A stretch of DNA of 51,846 bases from Eubacteriales bacterium (GCA_030537595.1 JAUNVR010000009.1:11746-63591); one strand, 5' to 3'; positions 1-9,700 are shown, counted from the stretch's first letter. Notes: generated by a model not told the origin, from the letters alone. Program-made: numbers and translations.

Positions 1-417
1 CCCTGCACGATGATTTTAGTCAAAAATCCGGTCGGCCTCGAAGCAGGTCTCAGGGAGGCTTCAAAGCTCGAGCCCCTCGGCGCAGTCGTGCTGATGATGA
101 ATAAAAGAGTCAATGACGGGCGAGACGATAGCTGGCTCAATAATCTCGATTACCAAAAGCTACTGCCCCCAGCTGTCCTCGAGGGGCAGGCGCCAGTCTT
201 TATTTGCGGTGAGTCTGGAGAATATCTGAGTCAGATTCTAAACGAGCGGGGCATTTCACATCAGCTCTGCCCCGACTATACGAGCGCCTTTGACCAGGCC
301 CTAGCTGCCTCTCCAGAGGGGTCTAAGCTCTGCATTCTACCAAATTACAGTGCGATGCTAGACTTCCGCTCCGAGCTGGTTAAAAGATATAATCTCCCAG
401 AGTTTTGGGAGCGCTAG
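1..417 (+). CDS. murT: MurT ligase (lipid II isoglutaminyl synthase subunit), C-terminal DUF1727 domain; 5'-truncated by the window edge
   Basis: LVKNPVG, NDGRDDSW and terminal ILPNYSAMLDFR...EFWE motifs typical of the MurT C-terminal domain; frame is open to base 1. Confidence 0.8.
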   Translation, partial: PCTMILVKNPVGLEAGLREASKLEPLGAVVLMMNKRVNDGRDDSWLNNLDYQKLLPPAVLEGQAPVFICGESGEYLSQILNERGISHQLCPDYTSAFDQALAASPEGSKLCILPNYSAMLDFRSELVKRYNLPEFWER

Positions 418-482
418 AAATGCTTTACTAATCGCTGGGCTAGCTCGCCCTAGGCAAAGAGCTTAAAAAATTACGTAAAAAG

Positions 483-516
483 ATGACCGCCAAAGTGCTT
501 CGGCTTTGGCGGTCAT
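483..516. terminator. Hairpin between convergent murT and EIIA genes, probable bidirectional terminator
   Basis: ATGACCGCCAAAG-N8-CTTTGGCGGTCAT perfect 13-bp stem with A/T flanks. Confidence 0.8.
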
Positions 517-521
517 TTAAT

Positions 522-1001
522 CTAGTTTAGTTCGACCTCACAGGCGGCTTTTGCACCCTTCGAGCAGTCTAAAGTCAAATTCTTGACTAGGTCTTTGTTT
601 GTAAAGACAACCGGGGTGATTGTGTCCTTCCCTGCTGCCTTAATCAGCTCGGTATCCATCTTAATGACAATGTCACCCTGCTTGACCGTATCGCCCTGCT
701 TTAAGAGGACTTCAAAGCCCTTCCCATCGAGTTCTACTGTGTCGAGTCCGAGGTGGACCAGAACCTCAAAGCCGTTTTCCATCTTAATCCCAAAGGCATG
801 GCCGGTCGGGAAAATCATGGAAAGCTCTCCATCGACCGGGGCGCGGCATTCAACTACAGTGCCCTCCGGTCTGACGGCAAAACCGTCGCCGACCATCTTT
901 TGTGAAAAGACGGGATCAGGTACTTCGCTAATCGGCATCACAGCGCCGGGAAAGGGTGCGATTACTTCTACTTTTTTCTTCTTCTTTAAAAAATCAAACA
1001 T
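522..1001 (-). CDS. crr: PTS glucose/GlcNAc-family EIIA component
   Basis: VPDPVFSQKMVGDGFA, FPTGHAFG and LVHLGLDTV motifs; GGAGG RBS. Confidence 0.9.
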   Translation of the reverse strand: MFDFLKKKKKVEVIAPFPGAVMPISEVPDPVFSQKMVGDGFAVRPEGTVVECRAPVDGELSMIFPTGHAFGIKMENGFEVLVHLGLDTVELDGKGFEVLLKQGDTVKQGDIVIKMDTELIKAAGKDTITPVVFTNKDLVKNLTLDCSKGAKAACEVELN

Positions 1002-1039
1002 CTTTTTCCTCCATTTTGCCTCTTCGGCTTTGCTTTAAT

Positions 1040-2233
1040 CTAATCTAAACTGTAGGCCATTTGTCCGTGGACAAAGCTGCGCTCCACAGCCAGGTGTTCA
1101 TTCAAAATAACTAGGTCGGCATCGAAACCAGCCTTAATCTCCCCTTTGCGCTCGTTGACGCCTAAGATTCTCGCCGGATTGACGGTCAGCATCTCAATAA
1201 TTTCAATCAGGGGTAAGCCGGTAAAGAGCATGGTATTTTTAAGCGCCGTATTCAGGTCGAGGACGGAACCTGCTAAAACTCCACCCTCTAAAGTCGCCCG
1301 GCCGTCTTTCACGATAACTTTCTGACCGCCCAGCTCAGATTCACAATTGCCGAGCCCAGCAGCGCGCATCGCGTCAGTTACGAGGACTCTCTCCCAGGGT
1401 TTTTTCACATTGCAGATCAGTCTCACGACCTGGGGATGCAAGTGCTCACCATCGACGATCATCTCAGTGGTCAGCGGTAAGGTCAGAGCTGCACCGACAG
1501 CACCCGGCTCCCGGTGATGGAGCGGGGTCATCGCATTAAAGCAGTGAGTCACATGCGAGAGCCCGGCCATAAAGGCCCCATTGGCTTCTTCGAAAGTACA
1601 ATTCGTATGGCCCATCGAACAGACAATACCCGCCTGGCTCCAGGCCCGAATCATGCTGTAGTCGTCATCTTCTTCTGGCGCAACTGTAATCAGCTTAACT
1701 AAATCCATAAAGGGTTCTAGAAAGCGCGTCGTCTCGCGATTTGGTTTAAGAATAAACTGCGGGTCTTGGGCACCGCATTTTTTAGGCGAAATAAAGGGCC
1801 CTTCCAGGTGCACACCGAGGATCTCGGCCCCGGCTCTAAACTTCGTGCTCTCAGGATTTTCGGCCAAAGCTTTAATTTGCTCACGTTGCCCTGCCCGATA
1901 AGTTTTTACATTTTCTAAGGCACGCTCGATGACCTCTACCTTCTGGGTCATGGTCGTGGCCAAAAAACTGGTGCAGCCTGAGCGCGGCAAAACTTCCGTA
2001 ATCTTATCCAGGGCCTCCGGCGTGCCGTCCATCGTGTCAGCACCGCCACCGCCATGGATGTGAATGTCAATAAAACCGGGGGTCATAATCCGGGCTTCTG
2101 GAAGCTCTTTAGCATCGAGCGAAGCCGCATCTTGGGGATTTAAAATAGCCTCGATTTTATCCGAGAATACTATTACCTTATTACTTTCGTGGCGATTGCC
2201 CGTGTAAAGTTCTTTAACTAGTATTTTTTTCAT
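1040..2233 (-). CDS. nagA: N-acetylglucosamine-6-phosphate deacetylase
   Basis: PGFIDIHIHG, HLEGPFIS, THCFNAM, VTDAM and LAGS motifs. Confidence 0.95.
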   Translation of the reverse strand: MKKILVKELYTGNRHESNKVIVFSDKIEAILNPQDAASLDAKELPEARIMTPGFIDIHIHGGGGADTMDGTPEALDKITEVLPRSGCTSFLATTMTQKVEVIERALENVKTYRAGQREQIKALAENPESTKFRAGAEILGVHLEGPFISPKKCGAQDPQFILKPNRETTRFLEPFMDLVKLITVAPEEDDDYSMIRAWSQAGIVCSMGHTNCTFEEANGAFMAGLSHVTHCFNAMTPLHHREPGAVGAALTLPLTTEMIVDGEHLHPQVVRLICNVKKPWERVLVTDAMRAAGLGNCESELGGQKVIVKDGRATLEGGVLAGSVLDLNTALKNTMLFTGLPLIEIIEMLTVNPARILGVNERKGEIKAGFDADLVILNEHLAVERSFVHGQMAYSLD

Positions 2234-2278
2234 CTTTGAGCCTTTCTATTCAGCTGTAAGGCCATTAGATTTGCTGTC

Positions 2279-2311
2279 AAAAAAGCCCCGACCGGCAGAG
2301 CCGATCGGGGC
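2279..2311 (-). terminator. Intrinsic terminator after nagE
   Basis: Minus strand GCCCCGATCGGC-TCT-GCCGGTCGGGGC followed by TTTTTT. Confidence 0.8.
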
Positions 2312-2329
2312 AAATTAGCCATTTAAGCT

Positions 2330-3805
2330 TTACAGCATTTTGTCCATTTCATCTTTGACAAATTGGACTTGCGGGCCAATGATGACCTGCACGTTCGACT
2401 TACTCGGACGAACGATACCGGAGACTCTGGCCTCTTTAATCTTCTTCTCATCGACCAGCAGGTTGTCTTTAATGTTGACCCGTAATCTGGTGATGCAGTA
2501 GTCGAGACCGTCGATATTATCTTTACCACCGAGACCTTCGAGAATGGTTGCTGCCATTCTAGTAAAGTCGGTCTCCTTGCTGTCGAGGACTTGACCTTCG
2601 CCTTCAACAGACTCATCTTCACGACCCGGGGTCTTCAGATCCAGCTTGGTAATCATCAAGCGGAAAACGAAGTAGTAGATTGCAAAGAAGACAACACCGA
2701 CAACGAGTAGCATCAGGGGCTTATTCACAGTTTTCAGTTTGAAGCCCAGAATGTAGTCGATTAAACCGGCTGAGAAGGTGAAGCCTGAAGCGTAGCGTAG
2801 GAAGGCTACCAGGGCCACTGAAATACCGGTTAAAACTGCGTGGATGAGGTAAAGCAGCGGTGACAGGAACATGAATGAGAATTCAATCGGCTCCGTGACA
2901 CCGGTCACGAATGAAGCAACTAGACCTGAGATCAGGAGGGAAGCTGCAACTTTTCTCTTTTCAGGTTTTGCAGTGTGGATCATGGCGAGGGCTGCGCCGG
3001 GCAGACCAAACATCATAATCGGGAAGAAACCGGCCTGGTACATACCTGCGTAGTAGCCGCTGGCTGCAGCTGAGGCAGTCTGAGTAAACTCAGGATTCCA
3101 GTAGTTGGTAATGTCACCAATACCAAAGGCGTCAAACCAGAAGACGTTGTTTAAGGCGTGGTGGAGACCGGTCGGGATTAAGAGTCGGTTGAAGAAGGCA
3201 TAAATACCTGCACCGATCGGACCCATGCCGAGGATGAGATTACCAAATCCAACCAGAGCCTTATAAATTACTGGCCAGGCAAAGAAGAGCACTAAGGATG
3301 CGATAATCGCGTAAACAGCAGTCACAATTGGAACTAAGCGCCGTCCACTAAAGAAGGCGAAGGCATCAGGTAGTTTCGTCTGATGGAAGCGGTTGTATGC
3401 GGCCGCTGCCAGAATACCAACTAAGATACCGATAAAGACGTTCTTATTGTTGATTGCATGGAAACCGAGAGTCTTATCCAGTTCTTCTAAGGGGATTTGC
3501 TTGAAGTGAGCAACTGAGTCGGCACTCAAGAGGTTGGTAACCATTAAGAAGCCAACCAAGCCGGAGAGGGCTGCTGCACCATTCTTATCCTTGGAGAGAC
3601 CGTAGGCCACACCAACTGCAAAGAGGATGCCTAAGAAGTCAAGAATTGAGGCACCACCTTTGACCAAAAAGTTAGCAAATGGATTGCTACCACCCCAACC
3701 ACTGGGGTCAATCCAATAGCCGATACCTAACATCAATGCTGCGGCAGGCAGAAGTGCTACCGGCTGCATCAAGGCACGGCCAAGTGCTTGAAGTTTCTGT
3801 TTCAT
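2330..3805 (-). CDS. nagE: PTS N-acetylglucosamine-specific EIICB component
   Basis: LQALGRALMQPVALLP, GLHH, GVTEPIEF and EIIB phospho-Cys motif YCITRLR; adjacent to nagA; GGAGG RBS. Confidence 0.93.
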   Translation of the reverse strand: MKQKLQALGRALMQPVALLPAAALMLGIGYWIDPSGWGGSNPFANFLVKGGASILDFLGILFAVGVAYGLSKDKNGAAALSGLVGFLMVTNLLSADSVAHFKQIPLEELDKTLGFHAINNKNVFIGILVGILAAAAYNRFHQTKLPDAFAFFSGRRLVPIVTAVYAIIASLVLFFAWPVIYKALVGFGNLILGMGPIGAGIYAFFNRLLIPTGLHHALNNVFWFDAFGIGDITNYWNPEFTQTASAAASGYYAGMYQAGFFPIMMFGLPGAALAMIHTAKPEKRKVAASLLISGLVASFVTGVTEPIEFSFMFLSPLLYLIHAVLTGISVALVAFLRYASGFTFSAGLIDYILGFKLKTVNKPLMLLVVGVVFFAIYYFVFRLMITKLDLKTPGREDESVEGEGQVLDSKETDFTRMAATILEGLGGKDNIDGLDYCITRLRVNIKDNLLVDEKKIKEARVSGIVRPSKSNVQVIIGPQVQFVKDEMDKML

Positions 3806-4014
3806 ATAAACACCTCCGTGTTTTGCTCGCGCGAGCTGTCACTAGCCGAGTCAATCTTCAAGACCAGAAACGCACTCTGCGAGCCTCACAATTGATGTCT
3901 ATATACTAACACTTGCACTGTAAAAAGAAAATGCGTTTGCATTTTTAATTTCACAATTAGAAAAATGAAAGTTTTTTTCAAAACCCTCTTTGGCCAAAGG
4001 CGAGCCGAATCAGT

Positions 4015-6051
4015 TTAGGCTTCTTCCCGCTTTGCAAAAGCTGCCTTAGTGTAGCGCTCGACCAATTCGTCATCGGCTAGGTAGGGCAGGGTAATATGGC
4101 CACCGTAATCACATTCGTTGTAATGTGCTCCGGTCGCAATCGCATTCTCATTTCGCGCCCAGGCTCGGCGTGAAATTCCGCAGTAGACATCCCATTGCAA
4201 GGCGCGCTCGATAATCCGGTCAACTCGCTCGGAACCGTCTAAAATTAGGCCGAATCCGCCGTTAATCGCCTTCCCGATACCAGTCCCACCGCCATTATGG
4301 AGGGCGCAAAGACTCATGCCCCGCGCGGCATTACCGGCAAAGCACTGAACCGCCATGTCGGCCATCACATTGGAGCCATCTTTTATATTCGCAGTTTCTC
4401 TAAAGGGTGAATCCGTGCCTGAGACATCGTGGTGATCGCGGCCGAGCATAATCGGTCCGACCTCCCCAGCTCTGACCAGCTGATTAAACTTTAAGGCAAT
4501 ATCCATTCTGCCCTTTGCATCCTGGTATAAAATTCTAGCCTTTGAACCAACGACTAGCTTATTCTTCTTTGCATCTCTAATCCAGTAGTAATTATCCCTG
4601 TCCTGGGCTCGGCGATTCGGGTCAATGCAAGACATCGCAGCTTGGTCTGTCTTCTCCAGATCCTCATCCTTTCCGGAGAGGCAAATCCAGCGGAAGGGTC
4701 CATAACCATAGTCGAACTGCTCCGGCCCCATTAAATCTTCAACATAGGAGGGGAAGATAAAGCCGTCCTTGTCATCTTTGGCATTTTTACTAACCTCTTT
4801 TACCCCGGCATCATAAACTGCTTTCAAGAATGAATTGCCGTAGTCAAAGAAGTAGGTGCCCCGGTCGTGAAGTGTCTTAATTAGGCTGAAGTGCTTTCTT
4901 AGGCTCTTATCTACCTCTTTAATAAAGCGCTCCCGATCCTCGGCTAAAAGTTTAGTCCGCTCAGCAAATGTCATGCCCTGCGGACAGTAGCCGCCATCGT
5001 GTACATTGTGGCAGGAGGTCTGATCTGAGAGTAATTCGGGCACAATATTCTGATCCACACAATATTGCAGGAGATCAACAATATTCCCGTGGTAGGCAAT
5101 GGAGACTGGCTTTTGATTCTCTCTGTGCTCTTTAACTAGCTCGAAAATCTCGTCCAGGTCGGAGGAAACTAGGCTGACCCAGCCCTGGGCATGCCGCGTC
5201 TCGATTCTCGACTTATCGACCTCGGCAAAGACCCCGATTCCCCCGGCAATTTCACAAGCCTTGGGCTGAGCTCCACTCATTCCACCGAGACCAGAGGAGA
5301 TAAAGAGCTTGCCCTTTAAATCCTCGTCCATCGGAATGCCGAGCTCCTTGCGGCCAGCGGTCAAAATAGTGTTGAAAGTTCCATGCACGATCCCTTGCGG
5401 GCCGATGTACATCCAACCGCCAGCTGTCATCTGGCCGTAGTTGGCAACACCCATCTCCTCAGCAATCTCCCAGTCGTCCATATTGTCGTAGAGGCCGACC
5501 ATTAAACCGTTAGTAATAATCACGCGCGGCGCTTCCGGATGCGAGGGGAACAAGCCCATCGGGTGACCGGAGGCCACAACTAGGGTCAAATCTTCAGTCA
5601 ATTCCTCGAGGTAGCGCTTAATCAGGCGGTACTGCAACCAGTTATGGCAGACCGAACCGGTTTCACCATAGGTCACTAATTCATAGGGATAGAGGGCAAC
5701 TTCCGGATCGAGATTATTGTCAATCTGGACTTGGAAGGCCCGACCAGCTAAGCACTTGCCCTGATACTCATCTACCGGCTTTGCATAAGGCTGCTTGGCA
5801 GGGCGGAAACGATAGGCATAGATCCTGCCATAAGTCATCAGCTCCTCGAGAAATTCCGGGATTAAAGCTTCATGCCAGGCTTCCGGCACATAGCGGAGGG
5901 CATTTTTCAGAGCAATCTTAGTCTGGGCTTCCGTCAGTCTAAAGCCGCGGCTAGGTGCTCTGCGAATTGCAGGATCAAAGGGCGGTATCTCTTCTGGGAA
6001 ATCAAAATCTAACTTAATCCTCATCGCTTCTTGGAAATCAATATTTTTCAT
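4015..6051 (-). CDS. hutU: Urocanate hydratase, long (~680 aa) form
   Basis: YGQMTAGGWMYIGPQGIVHGT, GLGGMSGAQP, SDQTSCHN and GRDHHD motifs. Confidence 0.95.
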   Translation of the reverse strand: MKNIDFQEAMRIKLDFDFPEEIPPFDPAIRRAPSRGFRLTEAQTKIALKNALRYVPEAWHEALIPEFLEELMTYGRIYAYRFRPAKQPYAKPVDEYQGKCLAGRAFQVQIDNNLDPEVALYPYELVTYGETGSVCHNWLQYRLIKRYLEELTEDLTLVVASGHPMGLFPSHPEAPRVIITNGLMVGLYDNMDDWEIAEEMGVANYGQMTAGGWMYIGPQGIVHGTFNTILTAGRKELGIPMDEDLKGKLFISSGLGGMSGAQPKACEIAGGIGVFAEVDKSRIETRHAQGWVSLVSSDLDEIFELVKEHRENQKPVSIAYHGNIVDLLQYCVDQNIVPELLSDQTSCHNVHDGGYCPQGMTFAERTKLLAEDRERFIKEVDKSLRKHFSLIKTLHDRGTYFFDYGNSFLKAVYDAGVKEVSKNAKDDKDGFIFPSYVEDLMGPEQFDYGYGPFRWICLSGKDEDLEKTDQAAMSCIDPNRRAQDRDNYYWIRDAKKNKLVVGSKARILYQDAKGRMDIALKFNQLVRAGEVGPIMLGRDHHDVSGTDSPFRETANIKDGSNVMADMAVQCFAGNAARGMSLCALHNGGGTGIGKAINGGFGLILDGSERVDRIIERALQWDVYCGISRRAWARNENAIATGAHYNECDYGGHITLPYLADDELVERYTKAAFAKREEA

Positions 6052-6239
6052 TTAACTCGGCCACCTTTCAGATAAGCAATCTGGCTTTAAAGCTATACTG
6101 AGCTTAGTCTTTATTCTTATAAATTGTAGCACAAGCGGCCGTCAAAAGGTCTTAAAAACTACGCTTTTTTCGACAATATAGATAAAAAAAGAGCCCTTAA
6201 TAACTCGGCTTATTCTACTTTGACTAAATTCTTATAATT

Positions 6240-6268
6240 TTGCTATTCGAGGTCAAATATGCTAAAAT
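6240..6268 (+). promoter_or_regulatory. Candidate sigma-A promoter for the aldolase gene
   Basis: TTGCTA-17 bp-TAAAAT with extended TGn. Confidence 0.5.
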
Positions 6269-6427
6269 TTGAGCAAAGTAACTGGCCTTTTACGAGGGCA
6301 GTAATATGCGAGCGAAAGGAGTCTACAGAGCTTTTCTTGCAGAATTTTTTACCTTTTCTTTAGTTCAAATTTTTTCACTTAAAAGAGAATGTATTCATTC
6401 ATAAAAGTAAGGCTCGATAGATAATCT

Positions 6428-7315
6428 ATGAATCAAGAGCAAGTAAAAAGAATGGGTGAAGCAAAAGGCTTCATCGCAGCCCTAGACCAAAGTGGCGGCT
6501 CAACCCCGAAGGCCCTCCGCAACTACGGTGTTAACGAAGATCGTTATAGCAACGAGGCCGAGATGTTTGATCTCGTCCACGCCATGAGAAGCAGAATCAT
6601 CACCGCAGACGCATTTAACAAAGAGCACATCCTCGGCGCAATCCTCTTTGAACAAACCATGGAGCGCGAAATTGAAGGCAAAAAGACCGGTGACTTCCTC
6701 TGGGAAGAAAAAGGTATTATCCCCTTCTTAAAAATTGACAAAGGCCTGGCCGAAGAAGAAAACGGCGTACAGCTGATGAAGCCGATGCCCCAGCTCGACG
6801 AACTTTTAGACAGAGCAAGCGAACTGCATATCTTCGGTACTAAAGAACGTTCAGTCATTAAAAAAGCAAACCCCGAAGGCATTAAAGCCATTGTTGACCA
6901 GCAATTTGAAGTTGCAGCCAAGGTCCTAGACCACGGCCTGGTCCCGATTGTCGAACCCGAAGTTGACATCTTCTCAGAAGACAAGGCTGAATCAGAAGAA
7001 CTGATGAAGGCCGAGATTCTGAAGCACCTGGATCAACTGCCGGAAGACCGTCAGGTAATCCTGAAGCTCTCAATCCCGACCAAGGTTAACTTCTATAAGG
7101 AATTAATCGAGCATCCCAGAGTTTTAAGAGTTGTTGCTCTCTCCGGCGGTTATAGCCGTGAAGAAGCCAACGAACTACTGGCAAAGAACGAAGGCATGAT
7201 TGCTTCATTCTCACGCGCCCTGGCTGAAGGCTTAAGCGATCAGCAGAGCGACGAAGAGTTTGAAAAAACCATGGCTGAGTCAATCAAGGGTATTTACGAA
7301 GCAAGTATTAAATAA
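6428..7315 (+). CDS. fda: Fructose-bisphosphate aldolase class I
   Basis: [42 protein letters not shown] and ALSGGY motifs. Confidence 0.93.
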   Translation: MNQEQVKRMGEAKGFIAALDQSGGSTPKALRNYGVNEDRYSNEAEMFDLVHAMRSRIITADAFNKEHILGAILFEQTMEREIEGKKTGDFLWEEKGIIPFLKIDKGLAEEENGVQLMKPMPQLDELLDRASELHIFGTKERSVIKKANPEGIKAIVDQQFEVAAKVLDHGLVPIVEPEVDIFSEDKAESEELMKAEILKHLDQLPEDRQVILKLSIPTKVNFYKELIEHPRVLRVVALSGGYSREEANELLAKNEGMIASFSRALAEGLSDQQSDEEFEKTMAESIKGIYEASIK

Positions 7316-7348
7316 GGACTTTTCCTTTTCATACACCCTTCTTTTCGA

Positions 7349-7391
7349 TGAAGGCTGCCCATCTACTCGTGGGTGGCCTTCAATCTTTTTT
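7349..7391 (+). terminator. Terminator after fda
   Basis: TGAAGGCTGCCCA-N8-TGGGTGGCCTTCA stem (G:U pairs), then ATCTTTTTT. Confidence 0.7.
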
Positions 7392-7574
7392 AGCCCCAAT
7401 TAAAGGAGCTATTTTTAAGATTTCCCGAAATTAAAGGCTTTCAGCCATTGCAAAATCTTTAGCACGTCTTAACATGCTATCTTTTTTTGAGCTTTAACAT
7501 GTCTTTACGACAGGCGGGCTTACAAGTTTTTTTGCCCCTGCTTTTTCGTTTAAATTGACAATTTTTGCCAGCTT

Positions 7575-7771
7575 TTGATTGATTAATTATTATTTATTTT
7601 AATATTATTATTCATAAATAAAGCTGCTGGAATATTTTTTAACAATCTTATTAACAGAGATTTGTTGATAACTATAGGCCTCTTACTGCCTTTAACTATC
7701 TTTTCAACCATATATTAACATTTTGTGGAAAACTATAAGTTTTCATTGTGAGTAAATGGAACTCATAAACA
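7575..7771. other. oriC part 1: AT-rich tract plus DnaA-box-like cluster upstream of dnaA
   Basis: Nearly pure A/T run 7575-7622; 9-mers TTATTCATA 7608, TTATTAACA 7648, TGTTGATAA 7663, TGTGGAAAA 7724, TGTGAGTAA 7747, TCATAAACA 7763. Confidence 0.75.
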
Positions 7772-7827
7772 GCAGGTTTGACCCCCAGAAAATAGGCCGA
7801 AGCCCTTATATACTAGTGCTTTCTCGG

Positions 7828-7856
7828 TTCACATTAAGGCCTATATATGCTATTCT
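7828..7856 (+). promoter_or_regulatory. Candidate dnaA promoter
   Basis: TTCACA-17 bp-TATTCT with extended TGn. Confidence 0.55.
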
Positions 7857-7915
7857 ATGTCCCCAGGACTTTGTAACTGGATTGAGATATTTGACTTAGA
7901 GAGGTGCTTTTTAGC

Positions 7916-9484
7916 ATGAATTCTGCTGCAATGCAAATCTGGAATCGCTGTTTGGAGGACTATTTAAGACCCGAATTGAACGAACTTAGTTACAAAACAT
8001 GGTTCGTTCCGGCCGAAGCATACCTGGAGGGTGAACGTGATTTTATACTTATCACCCCAAACAAGCTCAGCTGTGAATATTTGAGTCAGTATGCTGCCTT
8101 AATCGAGAATGCTTTAGCGCTTTCGACCGGTCGTGAGTTCAATTTAAAAATTGATGTAAAATCCGGTGAGAAATTGCGCGAAGAAGTGATTCGGCAATCC
8201 CTCCAGCACGAGCTTCCAGTAGCCCCTCAGGAGGAGCGCAGTGATTTTTTCTCTTCTAGCGCGAGTCGTGATGCAAAAGCCAACTATATTCCCTCCAGAA
8301 CTCCGGCTCCAGCAATTGAGAGGTCGAATCCTGTTTTGGATTTCCCGCCTCGGAATAATTCAGAAGCTGAGCTTAAAGAGGGTCTAGTCGGCCAAGAAAA
8401 ACTTAGTGAGCCGCAGCCTATAGAAGCAGTTAAAAGTAGTGAAACTGTGGATTCTTCTGCCGTTTCTTTATTAAATCCAAACTATACCTTTGATAGCTTT
8501 GTGGTCGGGCCTGGGAATAATTTCGCCTATGCTGCCTCAATTGCAATTTCTTCCATGCAGGGTGGACAGGATTACAATCCGCTCTTTTTATATGGTGGAA
8601 GTGGCCTCGGTAAAACCCATTTAATGCAGGCGATTGGCAATGAGGTGAAGCGGAAATTTCCACATAAGCGCATTGTTTACGTGCAGACGGAAAAATTCGT
8701 CAACGACTTTATTCAGGTTATTAAATCTAAGCATTTTGACCAATTTAGAAGAAAGTACCGGATGGCCGATCTCTTATTAATTGACGATATTCAGTTCATT
8801 GAGGGCAAGGAGCAAATGCAGGAAGAATTCTTCCACACCTTTAATACCTTATATGAGAACCATAAGAATATTGTCCTGACTTGCGACCAACCGCCGCAGA
8901 CTCTTTCAACCTTAGAGGAGCGCCTTAAAACTCGCTTCTCCTCCGGTTTAATTGTTGATATTTCACCTCCGGACTATGAAACGAGAATTGCAATTTTACG
9001 GCAATTGAGCGAGCAATTCGGGGTCAAGGTTCCAGACGATGTTAATGAGTTTATCGCCCGCAATATTTCTTCAAATATCCGGGAGCTAGAGGGCGCATTT
9101 AAGACCTTAATGGCCTACTGCATGATTGCTGGCCCGATTGATTTAAGCCTGGCCAAAGAAGCCTTAAAGAGCAATATTAAGCCCAATGAGCAAAGGCGGA
9201 TCGATGCGGAGCTAATTAAGCAGGTTGTGGCTAATTTCTATAACATCACGACTGAGGATTTACTGAGTAAGCAAAGAAGCCAGGATATCGCCTGGCCGCG
9301 CCAGATTGCAATGTATCTCTGCCGCAATTCAATTGACATGACTTTTAGCGACATTGGACAGGCTTTCGGAGGTCGTAATCACGCTACGGTGATTCACGCA
9401 TATGATAAAATAAAGGAGTCACTGCAGTCAGATGAGCAGTTAAAAAGAGAGATTGAAGAACTTTCTGAGCGACTGAGTACTTAA
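7916..9484 (+). CDS. dnaA: Chromosomal replication initiator DnaA
   Basis: LNPNYTFDSFV, YNPLFLYGGSGLGKTHL, LLIDDIQF, NIRELEGA; start placed at ATG 7916 after GAGGTG. Confidence 0.98.
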   Translation: MNSAAMQIWNRCLEDYLRPELNELSYKTWFVPAEAYLEGERDFILITPNKLSCEYLSQYAALIENALALSTGREFNLKIDVKSGEKLREEVIRQSLQHELPVAPQEERSDFFSSSASRDAKANYIPSRTPAPAIERSNPVLDFPPRNNSEAELKEGLVGQEKLSEPQPIEAVKSSETVDSSAVSLLNPNYTFDSFVVGPGNNFAYAASIAISSMQGGQDYNPLFLYGGSGLGKTHLMQAIGNEVKRKFPHKRIVYVQTEKFVNDFIQVIKSKHFDQFRRKYRMADLLLIDDIQFIEGKEQMQEEFFHTFNTLYENHKNIVLTCDQPPQTLSTLEERLKTRFSSGLIVDISPPDYETRIAILRQLSEQFGVKVPDDVNEFIARNISSNIRELEGAFKTLMAYCMIAGPIDLSLAKEALKSNIKPNEQRRIDAELIKQVVANFYNITTEDLLSKQRSQDIAWPRQIAMYLCRNSIDMTFSDIGQAFGGRNHATVIHAYDKIKESLQSDEQLKREIEELSERLST

Positions 9485-9700
9485 ATTCAATTGTTCATAA
9501 GCCAGCTTTTGACTGTTAAATTAACAGTTGAAAGTCTGTTGATGAAATGTGCATAAGCAGACTTTGTGGAAAGTCTTGATAAGCTCCTCATTTATCAACT
9601 GGCAGGTGAACGTATTGTGCACATAGAAAAGCCTCTTATACCGGGCTGTAATGGACTTTTACACGGTATCAACAGCACATAATAAGAGGACGGAGAATTA
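9485..9700. other. oriC part 2: DnaA-box-like cluster between dnaA and dnaN
   Basis: TGTTCATAA 9492, TGTTGATGA 9537, TGTGCATAA 9548, TGTGGAAAG 9565, TTATCAACT 9592, TTGTGCACA 9615, tandem TTTTACACG-GTATCAACA 9657-9674. Confidence 0.8.

Noticed and set aside
583-1038. Antisense or overlapping ORFs from the track (e.g. 583-1038, 6544-6984, 25320-25730, 28781-29200, 39130-39552)
   Set aside because: Shadows of well-supported genes, with no motifs or RBS
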